Assembly: GCA_036785375.1 (NCBI GenBank)
Contig: JAWMAR010000201.1
Span: 186,001 to 250,000 of the forward strand
Source: Leucoraja ocellata
Taxonomy: Eukaryota
Length of the DNA: 64,000 nt
Reading direction: 5' to 3'
The notes under the pieces: model-generated
What the model was told of the DNA's origin: nothing
The model's database searches: none
Seen by the model: only the letters and a program-made list of their open reading frames with translations
Program-made: the position numbers and the translations under genes
Shown here: positions 22,239 through 33,479 of the stretch, piece by piece
How the letters are laid out: every line of letters starts with the position of its first letter
Position numbering within the stretch: position 1 is the first letter of the stretch

Positions 22239-23689
22239 GTGGCAGCGGAGTCAGCGGTGGCCACTGCTGTGGCAGGCATGGTCTGGGAGTGGCCAGCGTG
22301 GGTGCAGCGACAGGAGCAACTGGATTCGGGGCAAGGAAATCTTTTCCAGCCAGAATGTCGGTCCAACAGGGGCAGGTGCAATTTTAGATTTGGTTTTAGA
22401 AAATGGAGGTGCAAAGAATATTTGTTGGTGGTGGGGGTTAGTTATAATTTTACTAAACCAAAATAAGTCAGCAAAAGTGAACCAAAAGAACAGTTAAATC
22501 ATTCTTGGGGCAAGGAAAAATACTCAAGGTGGTGCGGTATCAACATCTTCACTCAGAGAGCAAGGGTCAGGATCTGCCAAGTCTAGGCCAAGTCCTTAGG
22601 GGATTAAAAAGGTGCAAGGGATATTCCTTATTGGATGAGGAAAATAATAGAAGAGCAAGGGGATTATGCTCTTGCTGTCAATATCAGGAACCTCAGACCA
22701 GACTGGACTGAACTCCCTGACTACACCCCCGATCTGTGAGCTGATCAAATTTTTGTAGGGGAGAGGTTGTATGACCCAGGATGTGCACGATGCCTGCATT
22801 CGCTCTGGAACACCGTTGGAGTATTGTGAGCAGTTTTGGGCCCCATATCATTGAGAGGATGTGGAGGGGTGCTGTATCCACTCGTGGATGAATCTAGGAC
22901 CAGAGGCCATTGCCTCAGAATAGAACAACATACCTTTAGGAAGGAGCTGAGGAGGAATTTCTTTAGTCAGAGGGTGATGGATCTATGGAAGGCAGTACAA
23001 GGTAGCTTGAGAGGAAAAGATAGATCAGCCATAATTGAATGGCAAATAGACATGAGCCTAATGGCCTAATTCTGCTCCTATCACAATTTATGAATTAGGC
23101 CATTAGGCTCATGTCTATTCGCCATTCACACTATCCCAGTCTGGGTCTGTGCCCATCACAGTCCTAGGGCTGCTGCTGTTGGCAGGTTCATATTTAACAG
23201 GGAGTTAGATGTGGCCCTTGTGGCTAAGGGGATCAGAGGGTATGGAGAGAAGGCAGGTACGGGATACTGAGTTGGATGATCAGCCATGATCATATTGAAT
23301 GGCGGTGCAGGCTCGAAGGGCCGAATGGCCTACTCCTGCACCTAATTTCTATGTTTCAAGGCAGTTCTGAGCTGGGTCACGCTCAGGTGCATAAGGGACG
23401 CCGGGGCCAATGATAGGATGATAAAAGATATGGAACTGGAGAGAATTCCCAGGGTACAGATCCACAAGCAGGACACGGTGGAGAGTTTGTGGATGAGTGG
23501 GGGCAGTGGTCAGGAAGGGGGCGCAGCACACGTGTGGAGTTCATGGATTTATCTATAATTTCTTCTCTAATCTGGAACCTGTGGGTCCAGAGACACCAGC
23601 CAGGGAAAACATCCTTCCCGGGTCTAGCCTGTCAAGCCCCGTTTAGTATGAAAACCTCAAATAAATTGCATCTCATTCTTCTGCTAAAT

Positions 23690-25014
23690 TCTACACAGTT
23701 CAGGTGGATCAGCCACAAAACTATATTTGAGAAATTGGGTTTCTCATCCATCCAGTTAAATTTAAGTTGATACCAACTGAAATTATTGATTATTGGGATT
23801 TACCTTTAACTCTATTAATTTGTCTGGGACTCCGCCCTGAGGCAAGAGATTGGAATTAACTCAAAACCTCCCAGGCCCAGGTACGCAGAGATATGGGATG
23901 TTAACATTGTGCTACGTCGCTTCGCCGGTGGGCTCCTGCTACATCCCTGCCCTTGGTCAAACTCACTTACAAAGTGGTTATGCACATGGCGCTGAGTTCA
24001 GCGCAAAGGGTCCAGTCATTGCATAAGCTGTGACTGGACAGGATGATTATATCTGCAGGCAAAATATCATTCTATGTTTATGACTTAGTCAAGCAGAGTA
24101 GACCAGGGGCATCAGGTCTCAAACTAGATTTGTTGGCATATCCCATGGACCTTCGGTTGTGTGTGGTCACACATCTACACCAGTATGTTAAGGTCACTAA
24201 GAGCCTTAGAGACTCTGAACTAGCAATGTTTGTTAGTTACATATAGCCTCATAAGAAGGGATCCGTACAGACCATCTCCAGTTGGTTAAAACGGGTTCTG
24301 GCTTATACAGGAGTGAACACTGACATTTCAAGTCTCACTCCACCAGGGCTGCAACAACATCAGCAGACGATATGGACGTTTCGCGGGACCAAATCCTAGT
24401 GGCTGCAGGATGGTCAAACGAACGATTTCCCAAACATTTTAGAACTAACCCATTGCCAGACCGGGGGTATTTGCCAACTCTATTTTAGGTTCTGTTTTAT
24501 AGTTTCCTCCCGGTTGAAGGGGGTTACTATTATCATTATTTGTTCATTAAAAGCATCAACATGTCTATATCTATGTCATTCCTGAATGCATTATTAATGT
24601 TCACTCATCATTGGTTAATTAATGCAGTGTGTGACGCATGGACTCGTCTCCACGGCATGAAATCATAGAGCTAGGAAATCTTCACGTAGTCACTTACATG
24701 ACTCCAAAGTAAAATAGTAAAATTAAACGAGAACTTGCCAGTTTGAAGTTTGATCTTTATTTTATGAGGAGTTACGTTGAGGGATTACGTGCCCTCCACT
24801 CCCAACCCTCTATCATAAAGGTCAGCTGGTATTCTAGTTTTCTCTAATCTTACTATGTTTAGTTCAACAACTGTTATCTGTGATTTCAGACCGCTGCTTT
24901 GAAGATTGATGCGCATGCGGGCTGGCGGGTTCTTCACGTAATCCCTCAACGTAACTCCTCATAAAATTAAGATCAAACTTCAAACTGGTAAGTTCTCGTT
25001 TAATCTTACGATTT
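23690..25014 (+). mobile_element. DIRS retrotransposon 3' part (tyrosine recombinase, ICR and terminal inverted repeat)
   Basis: LVKQSRPG...LCVVTHLHQYV...TISSWLKRVL..GV...SHSTRAA...AGWSN; ~80-bp inverted repeat 24712-24791 / 24935-25014. Confidence 0.85.
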
Positions 25015-25285
25015 AAAATCAGAAGAAAGATTGTCAGCATGAGAGGATGAGGAGGAGATGGGTTTCTGAAGGATATTGTTTCAGTGGGGTTGAATAAGGC
25101 AGAGTTTGGAATGGGGACGTTTATAGGGGAATGAAGTGAAGGGTGATTGGGGAAGTTGAGGCAGGTTGTTTGGGTTACGGGGCCTTTTTCCGAGCCTGAG
25201 GTGGGATGGAGTGGATCCGTCGATCCTGTGTCATTCGTTGCGCGAGGATGGAGTAATCACAGAATATTTTCTCCTCTCCATTTAG

Positions 25286-25413
25286 GTAATGTAAAGTTTA
25301 CAACTACATTGATCGCTGTCATTATGGTCATTGCCAGTTTGGGCCTTGTCATTGTGAACCGGATGAAATGCCATGGTGCCGCAGGAGTGCAGCAGGAGGG
25401 GACGTGCCAGCAG
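25286..25413 (+). pseudogene. Orphan transmembrane exon of a SLAM-type receptor
   Basis: ctcctctccatttag acceptor, GNVKFTTTLIAVIMVIASLGLVIVNRMK, then an AG|GCAAGT donor. Lies downstream of the inverted intron-2 homology (23130-23545). The frame does not join the next exon without a frameshift. Confidence 0.55.
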
Positions 25414-25919
25414 GCAAGTGCCTCACCCCGTGCCCAGAGCGCCAAGGTGTTCCCAGCCCATGGGAGGGGGTAGGGCAGGATTGGGGGGGTGAGGGGGGGG
25501 GGGGGTGTTCAAGATACAGGAAAGTGTCTCAGACATTCACTCTCTGGACTAACCCAGGAGTTGTGGTTGGGGATGGGTGGGAAACAAGATACAGGAATGT
25601 GTCTCACACACCCACCCTGAGAGGTCACAGGTTTGGACAGGTGGAAAAGGCGCTGGTGTTCGTTTGAGAGAGGCTGGAGATGACAGGAAGAGGGACAAAG
25701 ATCCAAGAAAGGCTGTGGAGGGGGGGGGGGGGGGGGGGAGAGAGTGGCGGGTTGGAGGAGGAGGCTGAGAGGTTAGAATGGGCAGACAGTTGGTGCAGCG
25801 GGCATGTCGGGAGGGCGACAGAGAGAGGGGTGATAAGGAAGGGTCTTGATGTGACTAGAGTGTGAAGGAGTTGCTGCATATTGTAAGCATAGCCTCATAC
25901 CTGTCCCTCTGCCCCACAG

Positions 25920-26062
25920 ACCCAGGGCCCACAGAGACAGAGACTATCTACACACAGGTCCAGCAACCACAGACATGCCCTGCAAAACTGCAGCCTCCGG
26001 AGGGAAACGAGACGGTAACGGGACACGTACTGAGCCATGGTGGAGGGGATCAGTGGGACTGA
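25920..26062 (+). pseudogene. Orphan cytoplasmic exon carrying an ITSM (TIYTQV)
   Basis: ctgtccctctgccccacag acceptor. The phase-1 frame DPGPTETETIYTQVQQPQ matches the SLAM ITSM consensus TxYxxV/I. Confidence 0.6.
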
Positions 26063-26127
26063 ACCCTCAATCCCAGGGACCATTCTTACCATCCCAGGGC
26101 AGGCAAGACACAGAGTTAAAAATGGCC

Positions 26128-26225
26128 ACACACCCAGTTACTGGGGTACACTGTTCCTCACACACCCAGTTACTGGGGTACACTGTTCCCCACATACCCA
26201 GTTAATGGGGTACACTTTCCCCGCA
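26128..26225. repeat. Minisatellite, about 32 bp x3
   Basis: acccagttactggggtacactgttcc repeated three times. Confidence 0.85.
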
Positions 26226-26239
26226 CTGTATGATACTGT

Positions 26240-27047
26240 TGTAACGACACCAAACGTGGTGAATAAACAGATGCTTTATTCAGGTGTTACATGCAGGTTT
26301 GGTCCACTAACATAATTGTCATTGATGCTGTAGCTGAGCGAGGGTGTTGTCTCGAGCTCAGCTACCTGTTGACAAGGTGAGATATGCTTATGTAGCAGGA
26401 CACACCACTTAGCCAATGGCGTCACGTGACGGCCTTCGTAACTACTGACGAGGGTTCGACCATAAGTGTTCTGTGTATCAGCTGACCTCTCAGCTCCGGT
26501 GGGCAGCAGCTGGTGGGGGAGTGGCAGCAGCCGCGGCCTCTCAGAATCAGAGGTTGGCTCCGTGCATATCATGCGGGAAAGCTTGGCAGCCGTCACACAA
26601 GGCCTGGAGCGCGCCCCTTGACCCGGGCGGCCTGCGGCATACCTTGGAGTAGGGCCAGGTTGGCGGCAGCGTCGTTCTGCAGGGGTGGGCTGTCGGCTGC
26701 AGACATCAGGTCTCCCGAGGCTGTGTGCGTCGGGAGAAATCCAAAATTCCAATTTGGATAGTCGGGGTCACCAATGTAGCGACACCAAATGTGGTGAATA
26801 AAAAGTTGCTTTATTCAGGTGTTACATGCAAATTTGTTCCACTAACATAATTGTCATTGCTGCTGTAGCTGAGCGAGGGTATTGTCTCAAGCTCAGCTAC
26901 CTGTTGACTGGGGTGATCTCAAGGTGAGATATGCTTATGTAGCAGGACATAAGCCTTAGCCCCTTAGCCCATGATGTCACGTGACAGCCTTCGTAACTAC
27001 TGACAAGGGTTCAACCATAAGTGGTCTGTGCATCAGCTGACGCCACA
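26240..27047 (-). mobile_element. Internally deleted LTR (Gypsy-type) element with two LTRs
   Basis: Direct repeats 26240-~26485 and 26775-27047 with TG..CA ends, CTGT TSD on both sides, and PBS TGGTGACCCCGAC (complementary to the tRNA-Trp 3' end) at 26773-26761. Confidence 0.85.
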
Positions 27048-27619
27048 CTGTCAACTTTCCTGGGACCTCAAGCAGTGGATCACTGGTCGCCCCTGGAAAG
27101 TCCCCGCACTGTGAGACAGGAGACATCCATCCTACACCCCAGCCCGTGATCCACTGATCTGTCTGAGGCAGCAGTCATACAGCACAGAAGACCCTTCGAC
27201 ACACCATGCACATGCTGACTATCAATTTACTACACATGGCTGTCTGTGCCTTGGTCATTCAAGTGCTCCATAAGGTGTGAGAGTCTCTGCATCCACCACC
27301 CTCTCATGCGGTATGGTCCAGTCTCCAACCACCCTCTGGGTGAAACAGTGTTTTCCTCAGATTGCTCTTATTCCTAACCTTATGTTCTCTCAGTGTGGAC
27401 ACATCTATTGTAGGGATAGGGAACAAACTGATGAATCTCTGCACTCTCACCAGTGCAATCACATCCCTCCTTTAGTGTGGTGCCCAGAACTATACATAAT
27501 ACTCCCGCTGTGGTCTAATCAAGATTTTATAAAGTTGTACCATAACCTCTCTGTTCTGTATTAAATGTCCCAGCTAATGAACCCCACACACAGGATGGTG
27601 TGTTGCCTCCCTGGTGCCT

Positions 27620-28205
27620 GTTGGATTGTCTTAACTCACACACAGTGATTAGGATCCAAAGACTTTTATTAGCAATACAGCATAGGTAACTTCATCTTAA
27701 CATACAGCTCATGACTGGGAGGGAAAGGGAAAAGGGCTTTCTATTAAACCAGTGAGCGGGGCCACAGTGTGACTCATAGCATGAGTGACACTGATCTACA
27801 TCCTCCCTTTTAAAGAATTAAATGTAAATACAAAACTACTGATTAAATAAGACATGCATAGGAAATAATAATAAGCTGGAGTAGAGTCATAGCCTGGGTA
27901 CTTTACGATGGGTTTGCAAACGTGTGCGATATAAACCATTTCCGTTCTTCGCCACTGGGGACATAGTCGGTGGTATAATTGGTGGCGGAGATTGAAACGG
28001 CATTCACGGTGACGAAACAGGGGACTTCGGTACAGGTGGAGGAGGCGCCGCCATTGGGAAAGTAACCGTTTCAGAAGCAGGTTGTTGTGCTGGTACATGC
28101 GGGCCGATGCTGCTGGACATGGATAGAAGTACACTAGTACGGTCAGAATAATACGGAGGTGGAGCCGGCTCATTGATAGGCAGGAAATGTTGCCTATTAC
28201 GTCTG
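27620..28205 (-). mobile_element. Gypsy 3' remnant (integrase tail, PPT, LTR)
   Basis: TYRRNRQHFLP integrase-tail motif; minus-strand PPT aaaagggagga directly before tgtag at ~27800. Confidence 0.6.
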
Positions 28206-29559
28206 TAGGTGCTGCAATCAGCACTGACCAAATATGAGCATGGCTCAGAGGCGAAGATACAGAGTGCAGAATATAGTTCCCAGCATTGTGGCATGTCAGT
28301 TTCTGACCTTTCCTTTGATCTAATCTATTTAATCTTATTAACCACACCTGTCGTACTTCTATTTGTGTTCCGGTGTGGAAATCTTTCTAACTACTGGCTC
28401 GGTCTAGTTAAAGGGTGTTTTTGAAAGTAGTTTCTCAGTCAACCAGAGCCATCGCAGTGTCTGTGCTTTCATAGTTTGCTTTATACAGATATATTAACAC
28501 TTAGGGGGGGGATCTAGGTGGGGCTGGGAGGCGGGGGATGTCCGTTGTTACAGACAAACTGGCAATTTCATCACAGAACAAACATAATTGTAAATGTTTG
28601 CAACACCCATTGCTTCCAGGAACAGTCCATTGTTTCTTGGGATCATCGGTCTGGCACAGGATCAGAACAGAGCCTGGCATGGCATTCTTCGTCTCCCAGT
28701 CTCACCTGCTCAACTCGCAGACACAACACCTCCTTGTTTCATTCATCCCTTCCCATATTTTCCATCCCCTCCCTAGGTTTTTACATTTTCAATCTCTTAC
28801 CCTGCCGGAGATGTGATTGTTTTCAAGGTCGTATCTCCGGTTGCTCTGTGGCCTAACATCGTTGAGCTGGAGGCCTCACTCGGGACTGACTTTGAGCCCC
28901 ACCGTTGGACATGGACCTACCATCGGAGCCGAACCCCTGCCTTGGAATGTTCCTGCCTTAGCCTGCAGACTTTACCATCGAGAGCTCGCAGTCTCGGGTA
29001 GTGACCGTAGATGTCGGGAGCTCCATCGACACAGAAAGTTCTACAAGCCCAGACTGGGGTCAGATCTCTCGGCGCGGGAAGCTGAGATTACCACCGATGC
29101 AGGAGCTTGGTCACCCCGACGCGGAGGGCCCCATGCCGGATATGGGAGTATGATCGCCCCGTCAATGGAAGGCTCGAGGCCCCCGACCGCGGGAGAACAA
29201 AGAACGGAAGAGATTTAACTTTTTTTTCACCTTCCATCATGGTGAGGAATGTGGAGGAGTGTGGTGGATGTTTATGTTAAAGTGTATTTTGTGTGTTCTG
29301 TTGCTTTTTATTTGCATGACTGACTTGGCAAATGAAATTCCTCATATGTTGCAAAACATACTTGGCTAATAAAGCATTATTGTATAGTGTTGTATTATTG
29401 CAACAAGTGCCCAAGAGTGAATGATGATCGGCATGGACTGGGAGGGCTGAAGGGCCTGTTCCAAGCTGTATCTCTAACCTAAATTAAAATATAGTTTCTC
29501 CTGTCTCAGTCATGATGGTTCCATATCAACATTAGCCAATCATTGCCACTCTACAGATC

Positions 29560-32200
29560 TTCAGATGTTTTTAGCAGGGGAGGGGGTCTCTGTATATACG
29601 TGCATGAGAATTGGTGCAACAACGGGACAATCATAGCCAATCATTGTTCCCCTGACCTCGAGTACATGTCTGTAAGATGCCGGCCTTTTTTTCTACCGAG
29701 AGAACTAACAGTAGTGATTGTCACGGCTGTGTATATTCCACCTGATGCCAATGTAAACAAGGCGCTCTCTCTCCTGCTGAACACCATTAACGAACAGCAG
29801 CGGGATCACCCCGAAGGTGTTCACATAATCGCAGGGGACTTTAATAAGGCCAACTTGAAGACTGTACTGCCGAAATTCTACCAACATGTCAAGTGTGTGT
29901 TCTACTAGAGGGGTGAACACGCTGGATCATGTCTACACCAATATCAAGCACGCGTATAGAGCCATCCCCCTCCCCCAACTCGGCCAGTCAGATCATCTCT
30001 CCCTCCTGCTCTCTCCAGCCTACACCCCCCTCAGACGCAGTGCCAGGCCCACCATAAGATCTGTTACAACCTGGCCTGAAAATGCACTCTCCAATCTACA
30101 GGACTGCTTTACACAGACAAACTGGGACATATTCGAACACCAGGATCTGGAAACTCTCACAGAATCGGTGCTGGACTATATCAAGTTGTGCATCGGAAAT
30201 GTGACTGTAGACAAAAACATACGGGTTTTCCCAAACCAGAAACCCTGGATGTCCAGCCAGGTCCGCACACTCCTCAGAGCCCGCGATGCTGCCTTCAGGT
30301 CAGGTGACAGAGCTCTGCACAGGGCTGCTCGAGCCGATCTGAAAAGTGGTATTAAAAAAGCCAAGGCGGACCATAAGAGGAGCAGAGTCCCACTTGTCCA
30401 GCAATAATACACGGGAGGTATGGCGGGGCATACAAGACATTACCAACTACAGAGGCTGTGCCACAAAGTCAGAAGAACTGAGTGCGCCGCTGGCAGAAAA
30501 GCTAAATTGCTTCTTCTCCCGCTTTGAAACATCACAACAGCAGCACTCACCTGCTACAGCCCTGTTTCCACCCTCACCTAGCTCCTGTACTACTCCACTC
30601 ACTGTCAGGGAACACAATGTCAGACGGGTGCTCCTGGCATTGAACCCCAAGAAGGCTACCGGCCCAGATGGAGTCCCTGGTAAGGTGCTCAAAGCGTGCG
30701 CCCACCAGCTCACTGCCATCTTCACCAGAATTTTCAACCTCTCCCTGGCCCAGGCAGTTATTCCGTCCTGCCTAAAATCAGCCACAATCGTCCCTGTGCC
30801 GAAGAAGTCTACCATCACCAGCCTTAATGACTACCGTCCTGTGGCCCTCACTCCGGTAATCACGAAGTGCTTCGAGAGGTTGGTCCTCCAGCACATCAAG
30901 GACTATCTACCACCAGACCTCGACCCCCACCAATTCGCCTATCGCCAAAACAGATCCACAGAAGACGCCATTACCGTAGCTCTCCACTCTGTGCTGTGCC
31001 ATCTGGAGCAGGGGCAGAGCTACGTCCGGATGCTCTTTGTGGATTTTAGTTCAGCCTTTAATACAATCATTCCGGACATTCTCATTGGTAAACTGGTCAC
31101 TCTCGGCCTCCCCACTGTCACATATGCCTGGATAAAGGATTTCCTCACCAACCGGCCCCAGACTGTGAGACTCGGCCCCCACCTCTCCTCCACTCGCAGG
31201 TTGAGTACCGGTTCCCCACAGGGCTGTGTGCTAAGCCCCCTCTTATACTGTCTCTACACCTACGACTGTAGTCCGGCCCACAACAACAACCGCATCGTCA
31301 AATTTGCTGACGACACTACTGTGGTCGGACTTATTTCGAAGGGAGACGAGGCAGCCTACAGAGAGGAAGTCCTGAAGTTGACAACCTGGTGCTCAGAAAA
31401 CAATCTGGCTCTGAACACCAGGAAAACAAAAGAGCTCATTGTCGACTTCAGGAGGCACAGCACCGACTTAGCCCCCCTACACATCAACGGCGAGTGTGTG
31501 GAGAGGGTCAACACCTTCCGGTTTCTCGGCGTCCATATCGCTGCTGACATCTCCTGGACGGACAACACGACAGCGGTCATCAAGAAGGCTCAGCAGCGGC
31601 TGCACTTCCTGAGGGTCCTCAGGAAGCACAACCTGGACTCTAACCTGCTGCTGACCTTCTACCGCTCGTCCATCGAGAGCCTGCTGACATACTGCATTAC
31701 AGCATGGTATGGCAGCTGCACCATGGCAGACAGGGAGAGGCTTCAGAGGGTAACCAGGACAGCGCAGAGGATCATTGGCTGCCCTCTCCCCTCCCTGATG
31801 GACATCTACACCTCCCGCTGCCTTAGCAGGGCAAAGAAGATCATCAAAGACAGCTCCCATCCTGCGTTTGGACTGTTCGACCTGCTGCCCTCTGGAAGGC
31901 GCTATAGGTGCATCAAATCCAGGACAAACAGACTCAGGAATAGTTGCTTTCCGAGAATTATAACTACTATAAATTCAAATTCACACATGCACTGACTACA
32001 CCGCCCAACACGGACTTCCATCTGTATATATGTATATATGTATGTAGTGCCGCAGAATTTGTGCACCTATTCCCCCCCCCCCCCCATCTCCCTTCTGTTT
32101 TTTGTTTTTTTCTGTTTCTTGTTTTTTGTGCTAAATTGTATGTATGCACTGAGTACGAGCAGCTTTCAGTTTCACTGTACATGTATAGTGACAATAAATG
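29560..32200 (+). mobile_element. Rex1/Babar-type LINE, 5'-truncated, with a long open RT frame (30346-31995)
   Basis: APE motifs GGGLCIYV, AVYIPP, AGDFN, TLDH; RT motifs DYRPVALT, QFAYR, LFVDFSSAFNT, PQGCVLSPLL, KFADD; two frameshifts 5' of the RT. Confidence 0.9.
30346..31995 (+). CDS. Reverse transcriptase frame of the Rex1/Babar LINE (549 aa fragment)
   Basis: Uninterrupted RT domain and C-terminus in the ORF track. Confidence 0.8.
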   Translation: MVLKKPRRTIRGAESHLSSNNTREVWRGIQDITNYRGCATKSEELSAPLAEKLNCFFSRFETSQQQHSPATALFPPSPSSCTTPLTVREHNVRRVLLALNPKKATGPDGVPGKVLKACAHQLTAIFTRIFNLSLAQAVIPSCLKSATIVPVPKKSTITSLNDYRPVALTPVITKCFERLVLQHIKDYLPPDLDPHQFAYRQNRSTEDAITVALHSVLCHLEQGQSYVRMLFVDFSSAFNTIIPDILIGKLVTLGLPTVTYAWIKDFLTNRPQTVRLGPHLSSTRRLSTGSPQGCVLSPLLYCLYTYDCSPAHNNNRIVKFADDTTVVGLISKGDEAAYREEVLKLTTWCSENNLALNTRKTKELIVDFRRHSTDLAPLHINGECVERVNTFRFLGVHIAADISWTDNTTAVIKKAQQRLHFLRVLRKHNLDSNLLLTFYRSSIESLLTYCITAWYGSCTMADRERLQRVTRTAQRIIGCPLPSLMDIYTSRCLSRAKKIIKDSSHPAFGLFDLLPSGRRYRCIKSRTNRLRNSCFPRIITTINSNSHMH

Positions 32201-32459
32201 GCATATCTATATCTTAAACATTTGCTGTTTTTTCTTGCTCTTTTATTCTGCTTCCCCTTTCTTTGTCAATGACTTGATTATTTTCTCAATTGTGAAACGT
32301 TTTACAAACTGTGGGCCTAATATTCTTTGGTAACATTTGAAGTTTGTGTTTATTGTTACGTGTGCTGAGGTACAGTGGAAAGCTTTATATTGCATACTAC
32401 CCAAACAGATTAGATAGTCCTTACACAGACAATAACTTCAAACTGAAATATAGTAGATA

Positions 32460-33240
32460 GAAACATAGAAATTAGGTGCAGGAGTAGGCCATTCGGCCCT
32501 TCGAGCCTGCACAGCCATTCAATATGATCATGGCTGATCATCCAACTCAGTATCCTGTACCTGCCTTCTCTCCATACCCCCTGATCCCTTTAGCCACAAG
32601 GGCCACATCTAACTCCCTCTTAAATATAGCCAATGAACTGGCCTCAACTACCTTCTGTGGCAGAGAATTCCAGAGATTCACCACTCTCTGTGTGAAAAAT
32701 GTTTTTCTCATCTTGGTCCTAAAAGATTTCCCCCTTATCCTTAAACTGTGACCCCTTGTTCTGGACGTCCCCAACATCGGTAACAATCTTCCTGCATCTA
32801 GCCTGTCCAACCCCTTAAGAATTTTGTAAGTTTCTAAAAGATCCTCCCCTCAGTCTTCTAAATTCTAGCGATTACAAGCCGAGTCTATCCAGTCTTTCTT
32901 CATATGAAAGTCCTGACATCCCAGGAATCAGTCTGGTGAACCTTCTCTGTACTCCCTCTATGGCAAGAATGTCTTTTCTCAGATTAGGAGACCAAAACTG
33001 TACGATATACTCCAGGCAGGGGCGGAAAACCCGGGGGGGGGGGGGGGGGGCAGAGGGGACACGTCCCCCCCCATGTTTTGAGGAGGTGGGCGACATCCCC
33101 GCCAAGTTAACCTGCCTGGGCTTGCGGGAAATAGTGCGCGCACGGCCGCGGCTGCCAAAAAATTGTGTCCCCCGTCCCCTCTATGTTTTGATAGTGAGTT
33201 CCGTTCTTGACTGCAAGTGTGGTCTCACCAAGACCCTGTA
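32460..33240 (-). mobile_element. HER1/CR1 LINE with a nested MITE
   Basis: Reverse HER1 sequence, interrupted at 33017-33209. Confidence 0.9.
33017..33209. mobile_element. hAT-type MITE
   Basis: CAGGGGCGGA...TCCGTTCTTG ends with a degenerate 8-bp TSD ACTCCAGG/ACTGCAAG. Confidence 0.6.
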
Positions 33241-33479
33241 CAGAGTGAAGGCAAATATACAGAGAGCAGAATATAGTTCCCAGCATTGCAGCACATCAGT
33301 TTTAGTCCTTCCTTTTAAAAAAATCTCTTTAATCTTATTAACCACAGCTGTAGTACTCCTGTTGTTTGTGTTCCAGTGTGGAAATCCTATTAACTACTAG
33401 CTCAGTCTAGTTAAAGGGTGTTGTAACTGGCTCCTACCGTGTGTTAGAAAGTAGTTTCTCAGGCAACCAGAGTCTATGC

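Larger units (their letters stand above)
1150..23545. repeat. Segmental duplication unit 1 (paired with ~34985-54790)
   Basis: Colinear near-identical exons, introns, Penelope, old CR1 and upstream sequence, differing by lineage-specific insertions. Confidence 0.9.

Noticed and set aside
26005-26035. Second ITSM (ETVTGHV)
   Set aside because: No tyrosine. It could be a decayed motif or a donor site (acg|gtaacg), but neither is supportable.
26128-26225. Palindromic ~32-bp repeats resembling a CRISPR array
   Set aside because: No unique spacers, vertebrate context, no cas genes; a minisatellite.
26761-26773. tRNA-Trp-like sequence
   Set aside because: Only the 13-nt primer-binding site of an LTR element, not a tRNA gene.
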